Below are positions 47,886 to 62,400 of a stretch of 64,000 nucleotides of DNA, piece by piece. Location: the NCBI GenBank assembly GCA_973895155.1, contig OZ316898.1, positions 10,506,286 through 10,570,285 on the forward strand, read 5' to 3'. Numbering within the stretch: the stretch's first letter is position 1; every line of letters starts with the position of its first letter. The notes under the pieces were generated by a model that saw only the letters and a list, made by a program, of their open reading frames with translations, was not told where the DNA came from and did no database searches. The position numbers and the translations under genes were made by a program. The stretch comes from Marsupella aquatica. Its lineage: Eukaryota; Plantae; Marchantiophyta.

Positions 47886-50800
47886 ATGGGGAGACAGCAG
47901 CAATTCCAGGTTCTCAAGGGAGTTGTGAGGCAAACTCTTCTTCGCCGTTTTCACACCTCCCCCATCTCGTCCCATCCTCACCGAGAACGACCATCACCTC
48001 CACCATCACCTTTACCGGTAGCGGCAGCGGCAGGAGCAGGAGTGGAATCGGAGAACGGGATACGACGGCTCTCGGACATAATTTTGTGTTTCAGGACTTC
48101 TCCTTCTCGGGACTTCTTAAACCCTAATAATGTTTTTCTAGACTCCTCCTCGCGGTCAATTATCGAGAAGTACTTTTCCACACCACTGGAGCATAATGCG
48201 CCATCAAAGGACGATGGATTTACCTCTCTGGATCTATTTCCTCACCAATCATCACCATCGTTTTCCGGTGGTGTACCTTTTCTGCACCCTCATCGCGATT
48301 GTCCAGCCACAAATTCATCGACAGATAATTATTGGGGCTCTGCTCTTACCTGCTGGCCTAGTGCACTTAGACAGTCGAGAATGCTTGCGGGAAGGATATT
48401 ATTCTTGCCGTCTAGATCAGCAGCAGCAGCAGGAGGAGGAGGAGCATCGCGGGGATTCGCGAGCTCTTCAAATAACTCGAACAATGTGGAGAAGGCCGAT
48501 GAAGTCCTTGGACATGTGGGAGGAGTGGGGAGAGAAGGGCAAGGTGGAGACGAAGGAGTGAGCGCAAGTGTGAGTGGCAGAGAAAAAGAAGTAGTAGTGA
48601 AGAAGCGGAGGAAGAGGAAAAGTTTAATTCGGGAGGTGGAAGCATTGCAGTCGGAGTCATCAACAGTAGAAGATCCTGCGAGGAGAGCCGTTTCAGACTT
48701 CAGGGAAGGTGGTAAACCCCGGGCCGAGGATTCGGTTTCCCCTTCCGATGACAATGTAGTCCTTAAACCCCTGCGACCTGGGACGAGAAAACGAACTAAG
48801 GGAACCGCAGAGGAGAAAATCTTGCGAGCCTTCAACGAGAAAGCAGAGGTCCCGGCAGATGCTCTCCACTCGCAGACTTCCAAGGTCACAAAACCCTCGC
48901 CTGCATTGGAGGCAGCTGAAACAAAGCCACTTGAACTTCCTGCATGTTCGAAGGCGCCGGAGCTCGTTCAGGGAAGTTCCTCTGTCTCACCTAGTCCCAG
49001 TGGATCTATCCAGCGAGGTCTTCCAAGTCAACACGATTCGAAGGACACCGCTCTTCTTCGAAATGGGCAAGTGAAATCCAGCTCTGGGCCTGACAGTGTT
49101 CTTGGAGTTGGGAGGACACCAAAAATGAAACCAGCGTTCCCACGGTCTCCTGTCAGTGCCGGGCAAGTAGAAGAAGTGCTGCGGAAGGATACCTTGAATT
49201 CTGAAGTAGTTGAGGCTCCGGCAGTAAGTGCTGCTGTGAGCACAGATAAAATCAAGATTGCGGAAAGCAACAGTAAAAAGAGGAGTATTGATGATTCAGC
49301 GCGATTTAAAGAGACAAATGTAGCAGTCAGCTCGTCCAGTGAGAAACAACATGAAGCAGATGGAGCGGAATTCGCAAACCCTCAAGCTGTGTATCGCACA
49401 CTCGTTGAGAGCAAAGGCGGGAGGCCCTATCAGAATGAGGAGAAGGTCCGATTGAACAACATTTTCTACCGTTTCGCTGTCTCCGGGTATGCATATATCT
49501 ACATATAGTTTCGTTGACCTTGATGTAGCAAGAAGCTCTCTGGTCCCTATTTCCGGTTGTTGACTTATAATTGCACTTTCGATCGTCAGAGTCTCGTTAC
49601 GTCTTCCTGCATGGCCTTCATCAGGTCATTCTAGCTTCATCTCTAGTAGCCCAAATATGGCATTGTTGGCCCAAAAGAACGACGAATTGCCAGAAAGGGT
49701 CCCAACTGTCAATCCCACGTAGTAATGGTCAGCACTGAAAGCAAAACCACATTTACGACGAATTGATTTTTGACATGTGATCGTATTGCAATTGGAGTGT
49801 AGTTCAGAAACCAGAACTGAAACAAGTCTTGGTTTCAGACATGTGATGGTTTTACTCGCATGGCAATGCAGAACCCAGAACTGAAACAAATCTTAGAGGT
49901 ACCCTTGTGGTTTCCCTTTTCACCTAGGGAAGCTATTTTGGGGGGTCTCGTAATGAGAAATAATTCCAAGTGGGGGGACCTAGATTATCAGAAGTCTACG
50001 ATAATGCTGTTTTAAAATGAGAGATTTCCATTTAGGTGGCAGTTTGAAGTGACTTAATATACAGCAAACAACTGTTCTAGTGTCGTCCTCAAAATTTCAA
50101 GGCTTTTCCTTTCGCTGCTTTCTGCTTAATGCAGTGAAGCAGTTGTTTTATGATAGGAATTCCTGGTCCGGGTCGCAACTGATGAGGCTTCGCAACTGAT
50201 GAGGCTTTTCTTTGTGCAGATGGGTGTCGGACCAAGCGTTGTCACTTTATATCAACTCCAAGTTCTTCCCTAGTGCGGTTTCTAGGTTCCGTAAATTTTT
50301 CATGCACAAATCCTCACATGAGTTGCGGTCATATGCTACTGCAAAAGGTGCTACCAATGAGGCCCTTCAATTTTTGTTCCCAATCTTTGCAGAGTTCTGC
50401 ATCCATGAGTTTCCGAATGAAATCACTCGTTACCGGGAACTCGTGAATACAGCAGACATGACGAAGCCTGATGCCTGGTGAGTAAACTGCGAGGCTCTCG
50501 AATAGCTTGGATGTCTTGCCTAGGAGAGCAAATGGCAACTGTGGGACCTGAGCACCAGATTTTTGGATATTTATTCCACTCGTTAGCATTGAATGACGAG
50601 AGATTGCATCGCAGGTATCCTTTTGCGCGGGCAATCAAACGCAAGGTGGTCTACCACAAGGGTCCAACAAATAGTGGGAAAACTTATAATGCTCTGAAAA
50701 GGTTCATGGAGGCATCTTCTGGGATTTACTGTAGTCCCCTTCGGCTTCTAGCCATGGAGGTAAATTTTTACTGTCCTCTGGGTGAAACTGGTTCTACATT

Positions 50801-53800
50801 GCGTTTTAAAGGACTGTGCTAAATGGAAGACATGTCCTCTTGTCGTGTATTGAAGAAACACAAATAAAAAAGTATTGCTGTTTCAGCGCCTCCTTTTCTT
50901 AGCAACTGGATATGATAGTTCAGCTTACCTGCATAAAGTGATCCCTGTGGTTGACTTGCGTGCTTTCAACTTTCAACGATATAATAAGGCGTTCCTGACT
51001 GCAATGACATGGCAGGTCTTCGATACTGTAAATATGCAAGGGGTTTACTGTAACTTGCACACTGGGCAAGAAAAGAAAGACGTACCATTCGCCAATCATC
51101 TTGCATGTACGGTAGAAATGTGCTATCTATATCGCCAGTGGGAAGTGGCTGTCATTGATGAAATCCAGGTAAATCGTCCTTTCATAGGTCATACTGAAAT
51201 ATGCATGGATTGTACTTTAGATGGAGTGAAGGGTACGAGTGCAGAAGAATATTCCAAGTTGTTACATAAACCCTTTGCAGCCGAGCAGGTTTCTTTGTGT
51301 AACTACTAGAAGGACCTTTCCTGAGAAGCACTGTTCTTTCAGTGACGTAGGTCGAAGTTTCACCATCTAGCAAACCTGACAGTCTCGTTGTTTAAACCAA
51401 ATTGTCGCAGATGATGAGTGATGAGTACCGAGGATGGGCCTGGACAAGGGCATTTTTGGGATTGCAGGCGGATGAGATACATGTGTGCGGAGACCCCAGT
51501 GCTCTGCCACTGATTCGCAATCTTTGTAGTGGGACAGGTGATGAATTAGTGGAGTATGAATATGAGAGATTCATGCCACTGAAGGTCGAAGAGGTAAGAA
51601 CCTTCCTCTAAATTTATATGGCTTGTGCAGTTGCCCCAAGCTTCTTGTGCCATTTCCCTTTTCTAGTCGGTTATTTTCTCTTGTTGGACTGGTACCATGA
51701 TAAGACAATTCCTCATTGACCTTCTCTCGTACAGAACCATGTAACCGAAGCTTAGATTTTCGATACGAGGTGAAGAAGGAATACGATATGTGCCGTCTCG
51801 TTAAACAAATGAAAGGAACTCCACAGTACTAAACTTTTCCGTAGAGTTCTGATATTGCCTCTGCTAACCTCCTTTCTGTTTTCCTGCAATTGTTGCAGGA
51901 GTCGTTAAGAGGAGACTTCAGGAACATTGAAGCTGGAGACTGTGTTGTGGCCTTTTCAAGGAGAGACATATTTGATATAAAGGTAGCTTCACCGCTGACA
52001 CCAGAGTACTGCTGTCTCACTTTCGTGTGGTTTCAAAGTATGATTTTGTTCTCAAGATTTAATAAATCTGCGATATTGTTTCCAGGCAACGACCTGGAAA
52101 TGCGTTGCCTGGAAATGCTGTAGATTATCTGATCGTAAAGGAGGAATCTTGATGAATTGTTTCTAACGATGGCCCATTTCTTTTGATATTGATTACAGCG
52201 GGAAGTGGAGCTAGCTTCAAAGCATCGCTGCTGTGTGGTTTATGGAGCGCTTCCTCCAGAAACTAGAACCCAGCAGGCAAAGCTTTTTAATGAACTAGAC
52301 AATGGCTATAATGTGCTTGTGGCAAGTGATGCAATTGGCATGGGCCTGAATCTTAATATACGCCGCGTAGTTTTCTTCTCTCTTGACAAGTTTGACGGAG
52401 ACTCAAAAAAGCCAGTTCCACCAGCTCAGGTAAAAGATTGTTGAAGAGTAGTTATTCTGACTTAACCCATGGACCACATCATTGTATCTGTAGAAGTTGT
52501 CGTTATATTATAGAATTCAGATTTTATACTTGAGACTTGTCTTTCTATCAATTCTTTGTGTTCAATAAAATTTCATCCTATAGTCTGCCAAAGTACACGC
52601 AAAGAAGTTGCTGATGGTGGTCTTGGCACTGCAGGTGAAACAAATTGCTGGTAGAGCTGGACGCCGTGGTAGTTTGTATCCTGAAGGTGTAACAACAACG
52701 TTCTTTTCGCAAGATTTGGCTTACCTTGGCGCCTCTATGCAACAGGACTTCGAGCCAGCCGCAGCTGCAGGCCTCTTCCCTGTCTACGAACAGGTTTGCC
52801 CGTCATATTATCATCTGGATTGTTAGTCACATACCTCTGGTGACACTAAACAATTCGCAAACTTTTCAGGGTGGAGCATGTGGAGTGAGGTTGTGTAATA
52901 GTTTTATCACTATGGATCAAGTTCAAGGCTTTATTAAGACACTGATTTGAAGTGCTGTTTGACAGGTGGAGCTCTTTGCCAGCCAACTCCCAAATGAAAC
53001 GTTTGCCAAACTTTTAGAAAGGTGTGTTCTTATGTGTAGAAGTGGTGCATCAATTTGTCCTAACATTCATGCCACACCACTTTGGCGGGACTGCTGTACT
53101 TTGCTTAAAAAATTGCTTGTGTCTAATCAGGGAGAGTCTTTAAAGGAACAGACAAAGATAATCTGCAGAGTTTCAAATGTGTTTCTTACTCGGTGGAGGC
53201 AAACTTAACATTTGATTAAGAGCTTCGTGTTCGTTTGCCTCCACCGAGTAAAAGGCCTCGTGCGTTCCCTTTTGCAAGCAGCAGCGTCCCACTCGTTTGA
53301 GATGGTTCTAAATCAAGAGAAATAATTGCAGGTTTTCTGAGACTTGCAAGCTCGATGGTGCTTTTTTCCTTTGTCGCTATGACAATCTCAAGGTATCTGC
53401 TTTGCGTAGCTCGTTCAGTGTTGAATTTTTTATGAACAAGGAGTCAATTAAATCAGAGCCAGGAAAGAAACTGTGTTGTCAGTTGCTCTTGGGACTGATA
53501 TATCATTTGAAGGTTCTTGGAGGTGTTCCTGAAATGTTTTCGGTATACCAACGTTTAATGACTCTCTGATCTTTCTTTTCTGTAGAGGGTGGCGAACATG
53601 CTGGAGAGGGTGAAAGGATTGTCGTTGGAGGATCGATTTAACTTTTGTTTTGCCCCAGTAAATGTGCGGGATCCTCAATCAATGGGCGCATTGCACCGTT
53701 ACGCAACAGCATTTAGCCAAAAAATTCCTGTGCATGTTGAAATGGGCGTTCCCTCAAGCTCTGCTAGAGATGAATTCGAGCTCCTTGATCTTGAAGCACG

Positions 53801-54370
53801 ACATCAGGTGAACATGAAACTTGCTCCGTCCTGTTCCAGTACTGAGATCTTTCAAGTATAATTCTTGTAGTATTTAAAATCTCAGCATCGCCTAACTCTT
53901 TGTGGAAGTAGTCCCATCCATTGAAGAAAATTTGCTGCAGTACATGTATGTGTATTCTTTGAATTTTCTGTGACCCCGTGGCATATTATTTATATGTTAT
54001 TCTCAATAGTTATGACTTGAACCATTTTCCGTAGTTGCTACTGAATCCAGTTGGTCTAGTTTACGAATAGAAGATGACGGCATTTGTTCGTTTATGTTGT
54101 CAGGTCCTCTCCATGTATCTGTGGTTAAGTCAGCATTTCCCTGGAGATCTCTTCCCACAAAAGGAGCAGGCTGGAGAGATGGCATCACAAATTGCAGTTC
54201 TTCTCGGCCAATCCTTGGTGCAATCTTCGCGAAGGTGGTCTAAGCGTAAGTTGAATCAACAGCAACACAGAGGTAGGCCTTTCGTGAACATGGGACGGTC
54301 AAACAGTAGGCAACGGGACAGCTGGAGAGATGACAGACCCAAATCAGCTGAAAATTTTGTTCAAGCGTAG
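47886..54370 (+). CDS. SUV3: Mitochondrial ATP-dependent RNA helicase SUV3-like; 12 exons (47886-49486, 50220-50477, 50615-50759, 51016-51168, 51411-51593, 51899-51982, 52199-52429, 52635-52793, 52966-53021, 53332-53392, 53586-53807, 54104-54370)
   Basis: WYPFAR...[67 protein letters not shown]; all junctions GT-AG and in frame. Confidence 0.94.
53186..53251. repeat. Perfect 19-bp inverted repeat (28-nt loop) in SUV3 intron 9
   Basis: TTACTCGGTGGAGGCAAAC (53186-53204) / GTTTGCCTCCACCGAGTAA (53233-53251). Confidence 0.85.
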
Positions 54371-57300
54371 TTTTTGTACCAAAATGGTGAAGCAGTTAAC
54401 ACTGCTTGAGCCATTATTGACGCAGTACTGAACCGGTCAAGACTAGTTCAGCAATAGTTATTCTAGAAGTGGTTAATTACTGATAATGTGGTCCAAGGTT
54501 GGGGTCGCTTCAGGTGATCTCAATGGCATGACTAAATTTTGGTTACTGTAGCTGCACACGGCGAGTTCCATCAATGAAGGTCACGAGATGACCCCAGATG
54601 AGTCAACGGAATTGTGTTTCTGTTGCTGAGATAGGTCATTAGTTTTGTTCGAGGTGACGAGTGGACATTTACCACAACATTCTTTGTAAGTTTTATATTG
54701 TCTGAACATGTACCTAGGGATGTATCTCCTTAAGGTGAGCATTATTTTAGTGCCATCCCCTGGGTTTTTCCTTCCTAAACTTGATGCCTTAATAGCACTC
54801 GAAGTCATCCGGAGTACTCCTTTTATTGGAGATATCTTAGTGATTAATGAGAGGCATTGAGCGGCTAAGCTCTTGGAAACTCTCCCCTAATTCAGGAATG
54901 ACATCCATATGTAATAATTCTGGCAAAGAGGATTAGTTAGCAAAAGGAACTCGCTTGAGCATTTCTGTTTAGTGAAGTGCTTTTCTTAGAAGCAGTATGA
55001 TAGAAAAGAGAGAAGTCTTGTCCGGGTATATGGCACTAAATGCACTTATCTCCGAATAAAACAATGACAAGGATCTGTTGGAATCTATGTGGAGTCATAT
55101 TCTTGTTAGCATATCGTGGATGCTCCTCAGTTAGCACGATTGAAATATTTTCCTCTATGTGGAGAATTCAGCAAGCCTAATATACGAGGTCCTCAGTTTT
55201 CCGTATCTGAAACTGGGCAAGTTTTTAGCAATTAGCTGATTGATTCAATTCTCTGACTGGCAAATAACTGCAGTACATGAGCTTTCCAACTGACGGCTTG
55301 ATGGGAAATGGAAAATGTGAACGTGAAATGCATTGTTAGTGATGTCTCTAATTGCAACAGTCGAAGACAAATATGAGCCCCACCAGGACACTGGTTTCTA
55401 AAATAGTTCTTGAAATTTTATCAGGTCAAAGAAGAAAGAAACCTAAAAATTTCAAGTGGTTCCCAAAGAAGTAGGAAGACGACCTTGCAAAAGGAAACTA
55501 TCATGGTAATACTCATCATTTAGACGGCTCAATTCCTAAAACACACTGTTCATTGCTGGGTAGGTCAGCTTTAAGATAGTTCTAAACTCTGGAGTGGTTG
55601 TGCCAAAGAGAGATCCCAGAACATTGTGGAGATTGATAGTTACTGGCAGTCAATGTGGACTCTGGAGTAACAGCCTTGATGGATCGGACAGGAACAACAG
55701 TGTATGATGACAGTGAGTTGCTTTGCCGGATTAAACTTTGACGGCAATTTTACTTCAGCAATGGATTTTACGGGACTGGACATTTTAAGGATTGCTGTTT
55801 CAATCGCTTTTACATACGAGTCTTCTTAAGATGAACAAAGCAACGAAATCCTGACATTGGTTTCTGGAAGATCAATCAGTGGAAAGATCCAAGAAGAGTG
55901 CATACATGTCACCCGTCCAGTGTCATCAAACAATCGTTTGCCCTATTCTATACCTATGACAAACAAGTGGCCTGCATAACGAGAGTACAAAGACTGTAGT
56001 TGTACAAGTGAAAGGAAACAGGATAGTTGCACAAATATTCCTTCAGTCACTGTTGTCCGCGAAATTGGAATGATTCAGGATGTTTTTAAAGATCAATCGC
56101 CAATGCTGTGAACATGACATATCAACTCAAGGAGACACTACATAATTTCAAGGCTATACTAGTCAATACTGTTTCCACTAAGAGGTGATCGTTTAAGGGG
56201 GTTGATCATCCATTGCAACTATTATCAACAAAGACGGTGAAACCTAATTCCAGCTGCTACAGTAGTCTCCACTGACAGGTTCATTTGTGGTCGGACCCAG
56301 GGTGTTGATCGATGAATCCATGCAGATTAGGATTGCTCAGTTGAGCTGAGATATGTCCTAAGCTAGCGCAAGCAGGTTACACGATCGTCATGGGCATTGT
56401 TTCATCACTGGACTTACAATTCCTCTCCATTGGTGTGAGGCTAGTTTTCTTTTCTCTGTCGTTCTTAGAGAGTGTTGCGCAGTACAGTGGTTCTCTGATT
56501 TGAACAATAGACAGAAACATGATCCAATTTTGGGGTTCGCATTCTGTGACCCAAGTACAGTAGAGTTTAGTAATTTCGGATGGGTTTGCTATCATGATTG
56601 TATTATTTTCTTGTGGGGGAATGTTGAATCCACCCAAGTATTGTTTTCACCCCACTCTGAGATATTCCAACATTGAAAGATTGACAGAAAATTTTATCGA
56701 AGGGTTGTGACACTTGTGGATTCTGTGTGGAGCTCGGTTAATTTATTTTGCTCTAGTGCTGAGGCTCTAATGGCTGTAAATTGCCCTAGATCTTAAGATC
56801 TGAAGGTTATCCACTAGATTTGAGAAAAACATCTACTGAGGTAAAAGATCCAGAGTGTTGAGAGGTTTCACTCAGCACTCAGACCACCTCCTTGCGTGTG
56901 AGCAAAAGGGGAAAAAATGTTTCAAACAACGAAAGTCTTCAATTCGATGCTGTCAAACACGTTAGAAGTTTTGTTGCGACATCAGTTACTGTAAATCGGC
57001 CATAAGGACTTTCCCTTCAATTCTGGAGTTCAGCGTCTCTTCTGTAGCGAGAGCTTCTTCAGCAGCATTATTGGTCGACAAGGTGGTGAAGTGAGCTTCA
57101 GGGCTTCAAGTGGCTCAACAGCAGCTTCACTTTGATATTTACATACATGCAAATCCACAGCTCTTTTGAGCTTGAACTTTGATTGAAATTGTGCAGGTTC
57201 AGTTTTTGCAAAACCAGCAAATAACGCAGCACTAAGTGAATAGGGTAACATGCATGGTGCTCCTGCAGGAATCTTGGGATAGCCTGACTTGGAATTTACC

Positions 57301-59408
57301 CGATGACAAATGCAACATTCAACGACCAAATTCGCCTAAACCCTCCTCCACCTTAAACCTCTGCAGCAAGCCTCGAAAGATTTGTAACGTCACTATCTTT
57401 ATGAACAATTTCCTGGAAATGCAGAGTACCGTTTTGGAAGGTCTTCCATACACCTTAAGTACCAGTTTCCTCCGCGAAATACATGAATCTCGGGACACTG
57501 TTGCAGACCTCGTCCCGGTCCTGCCTTCTGAACAGTTTCCCAGAATCCTTTCGGACATCCTCTAAAGCTTATCCCGATCTTGTCCATTTTCAGTCGACGT
57601 GCAGCTAACATCCAACTGGCAGCAGAGCGATTAAATTGAGAGGGTCCTCTCCCACCGTTCAAGCAGGTGTTATATGACTCTTCACATCCTCCACAGACCA
57701 TGTCACAATTCCTTGTTCCACTGGGAGTGCGGCTTTTCGCTGTGCGCCATGGTAGACACTAGCGAAGTCTGTGCACACCTCGGAGAACTCCCTGGAGACG
57801 GGAAATCAGTAAAATTCCTCCAGTAGAGCCCTCGGTGAGCTCGGGAACAGCAGATGGATTCCTGTTTGCGGCTCTCGGCTGAGGTTTCAGCTTTTTTAGC
57901 ATGATTTTGGTTTCATAAGCTCTAGCAAACACAATGTTGTTCTAGGACGGCTGAAGAATTTCTTCACTTCACCGTCCACACTTGATTGCATGCCGTTGTA
58001 GCGTGGGTTTACAAGATCACGGTCTTTCTGCTTCACAGTCACTGCTAGACTAGACTGTAGAATCGTTAAAATGAAGCGGATTTGCCTCCCCAACCATGAA
58101 GGCGGGTTCAAACGACGTTAGTGTCCAGAGCACTGCAATATATCGAATTGAGCCATTAGAACCAGCCTACAGAGAGCACCTACAGCTCACTCTCCTGCTT
58201 GACTCTGAACTACTGTAGCACTCATAAACTCCTGTCTGGTACTAACTGGTAGCCTTGGGCGTAGCTGTTCCGACTCTTCCCCAGAAGCTTCATGTGCGAA
58301 TTTTCCACAGTAGATGGTATGGACTGGTGCGCATCGGCAACGTTGCCGCAGCCTTGTCCCCAAAAGCTGTTTTTGCTATGGTTTATAGGAGATGAAAAGC
58401 TTTAGGAACCTCGGACACGTAAAAGGACACTTTGCTTTATGGCAATTTCCACATGCCTTGGAATGCAGGTCACCCTCCCCTGACTGTGGCTGCCAACGAG
58501 TGTACACTTTTTTCGGTTCAATGTTCATGTAAGCTTGAACTTTCTTCCAACAGAAAAAAAGTATGCCTGTCATCTGTCTACTGTCATATGTCCTAGTTTC
58601 TGGACTGTGCCGGTTTTAATCGCTACTTTAATTCAAAGAACTGTAGATGATCTAATTTTCTGATACGAGCTAGTGGCAACAGTTTGTTCAGAGGTTCGTA
58701 ATGGGATTCTGTGAATCAACTATCGCGGAGTAGTGTCGGATGGCTTTCCCACCCTTTGCTTTTCAGGTCAACTGACTTCGATCCTATCAACCGAGATATA
58801 GAAGTTTGGAAAATGAGTATTATCATTTAAAGTAACGACCGTACACTAGAAATGTCTACAACTCCCAGGCAAAGCAATTGTGCCAAGCTCGATTGCCAAA
58901 TTTGGACATATTTCAAACTTAGAATAGCCGCCACTCATGCGCAAGAATAAACCTCCACATGGCAACATATTGTAAATCACGGGTAAGAACTAAGAAACCA
59001 CACAAGACGAAGAATGTATCCACCCCCTCCCCCAACAACTGGAATAGATGTAAAAGGAACCCAAACAGCAACCTTGTGCTTTATTTCCCAATGACACCAG
59101 TGGGGAATCCATTTGGATCCAGTTTTCTCCTTTGATCCAATGAAAGAATATTAACTCTACATCGTATGCTCCCACTCTCCTGCTCAACTACTAGCCGCTC
59201 TGCACTCAAATTTACAGGAGAAAGCTACGTTCCTTTGGCCACTACTCTATACTGAATATGCCTCGGGGGAGATCTGGCCTAAAGGAAAAGGGAAGACAAA
59301 ATTCGAAACACAACAGACAGAATGCCATGCGTCCTCTCTCGTTACGAATAAGCTACCTAAATTTGCCGCCCAAGGACCTATGCAGATTCCGCTCGGTACA
59401 GAAAGTCG

Positions 59409-62400
59409 TTAAGCAAAACCAAATCCTTCAGCAATGTGCACTTCTGCTATTGCATAAAGACGGGTATGCATGATTTCATAAGTAGGATATGGAGGTAGAA
59501 CAAGTTGATAAAAACACGTATGCGCAGTTGGCAGCCAACTTGTGTCTGTGTGTGCTCTGTGTATGTGGAATTTGGAAGACAGGCCAGTAAACCCCTCTGC
59601 AGGTAGATGAGTGACTGATGTCGAGAAAAACAGTAATCTTCTTCGCTGCTCTGGTGTCATGGACTCCACTACCTGCAGTAAAGATTCTTAGAGAATTAGG
59701 AAAATTTGCCGGACGTCAAATTCACGTCGGCACGATTGTCTGAGAAATCGACCCTCAACAAATAAATAAATTACTCCCAGCTTGGGCTAGACATTATATC
59801 TTGCAGTAACTATTTGATCACACGCATTGATAACATGCACAGAAAATGCAGTCCTATTTGTTCTTCGTTTACCCCTCCCCTCAGTATAGATTTGTTGACG
59901 ACAGAGAGGAACAATCGATTACTATGAATTCAAGCATTTCCCTAGCTGAAGTGTGATCGCAAGAAACCAGCAGCGAAAAGTATTTCAAGGGTAGGTTAGC
60001 AATGACCAGAAATCACACCTGCCAAAACCATATGATTTGATCATCAGTGACCATGTAGTCATGGTACTCTGTGTGCATTTTCCAGTCATCGAGACAGATA
60101 TTCCGATCTTTCCCGTATAGTAACAAATCCAGATCTTCAGGATCAAGAGCACAGAGAAATTGCTGATGTGAAGCACTCACTAACAAATCGGAAAACCCTT
60201 GGGAGAAATACTTAATCTGATCAGCAACAGAAGCAACCAGCCGCCGGTGGACCAGTAATTCCACAAATTGCCTTCGGTTCTCACTATTGACAACCATGTC
60301 TCTCCCCCCTTGGCACAGCTCGAGCGTCTTCCGAGTCCCAAGCTCTTCCACTTCGCTGACAAATGTAAGTCCCAAGGCATCTGAATCTATGGTTTCTGGG
60401 TCCATCTCCAATATTTTCTTGCAGCTCTCGTAAAGCACAGGATCTGCATCCTTCGCATCTTCCCAAGATATAGGAAGACCAGCCAACTGCTTAAAAAAGG
60501 TAATAGCAAACACAACATCCACTTGAACTCTGTGCATAAGAGCTAAGGCTATCACCCGTCCGCAGAACTGGAAGTACATAAGGTGGCCAGGATTTACACC
60601 TGAAGCTGCATATGAACAAAACCAGTGGTACAATAAGATGTCTGATAGAATACACTGATCACCGAACTCAATTAAACAAGTCCTCGGTTGTAGCCTTGAC
60701 ATTAGTGCCACGGATCTACTTACTCGAAATATGTTCAAACAAGCAGACTGGAGGAAGAGAGATTGCAAAGCAAACAAACAAAGCCGAGCAAAATCCGATC
60801 AGCGGAATAATGAAATGAAACCTTCTCCAGGGTGCAATTAATTTGTATCCAATTCACGATCAAGCCAGTAATAACTTTCCAAGACATTGAAGGCTACAAA
60901 AGTTGGAAAAATACCAGGATTGGGGAAAAACCTCCTTCGATCCTTAGGACAAGGCAGAAACAGCGCATTTTGGCAGTTAAATATTTCTCTGCATATCATA
61001 GAGAACCATTCGCGCAAGACCCCAGGTCCTGTGGCCTCCTCTGTTGAAAATTCTACTGATATACCCCCTTGAAGAGCGTCACGATCAACATAGGCCAGCA
61101 TCTCAAAAGACTCGGTGAGAAGCTGTGAGCGGTGAACAATTATCTCTTGCCGTTCATCATGATCATCCTGGGGTTCTGGCAGCATGCCCATAACCAGCCG
61201 TCGCTTTGATTCAAAGTCCAGAAGACTCTTATGCTCAAGCAGCCAGAAATCATCATCTTGCCATCTCGACTGTCTGATTAACATATTCAAGGCTATAGAG
61301 CGCTTGCCGAGCACTTTCAACAAGTCATCCATAGCACCGTCGTAAAGCTTTGCGATGGCGTGTAAACCCTTCAGTACGACCAAGAATGGAGCCCATCCCA
61401 GAGGCCTTTCCCTATCTTCTAAGCTTACTGTACCAGGACCTTCTAGTGCTTTCTCAGCAACTTCTTCCACCGCTTTTAAACAGTTATCTATCTCTTCGAG
61501 CAGCTCCAAGAACAGAGTACGAAGCCAACCATGCGTTCCAATTTCGACGCCCATACCCCGAGGAGAGCTCGCGGTACTTTCGGCCTGAATGCCTGCTGAA
61601 TGGCCATCGAAAACATCCACAAATCCTAACGAGAGCAACATACCGTCATTCTTGGAGTATCTTAGACCCGGCGCGTCGTTACCTCTCCCGCTTAATGTTG
61701 ATCCCGACAGATCGATTCCTTTGCAAACTTCCATTGCCTTGCAGAGAGGAATCACGAAGGCCGTGAAGTCTTTAGCTTCTTTCATATAGGATGCGAAATT
61801 TATGGTGGCCTCCTTCGTTGTGTACGCCTTTGCAATCCATTGGAGATCCGCAGACAGACGCAAGGAGAGTTCGTTCACAAAGGGGGAAAAATCATGAACG
61901 ATGCTATCAGCCTTGGCCTCGTAGAAATAAGGGCTCCCATGCGCGATACCCACGGTATCTAACAGGCGAGCAAGGGCATTCCGACACGAGGAGTATAGAC
62001 TGTGATTAGGCGCACTCTTAGAAAGCAACTTGCAGAAATCTAGTAGCACGGAGGCACAATGGCAGTGGATCTGGGCGGGGAGATACTCATCGTTTGCCTG
62101 AAGAAAGTGGGCAATTGATTCCTCTGCACACTCACGATTGCTGTCGCTTTGAGACAGTAAGAGCATCACGAGTGCGGAGCTCGCTCCAGCCAGCTGAAAC
62201 ACCTGCATATGTTCTGATACGGGCACAGACTTGGACGCCATCTTCAAAAACTCCTGCACTGATGCCCGCACGGTGTCTTGCAAATGCATCAGCTTCACGT
62301 GTGGAATCCGTGAATCGCCTATTGCACACATCCGCCGTATGGTGGCAACCAGGTCATTTATGAGCTGCCATGAGTGGGGAAGAGCTGTGCTACGCATCCG

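Noticed and set aside
54581-58573. Additional gene between SUV3 and UPL5
   Set aside because: Only short ORFs in mixed frames with no recognisable motifs. A lncRNA or decayed gene cannot be excluded.
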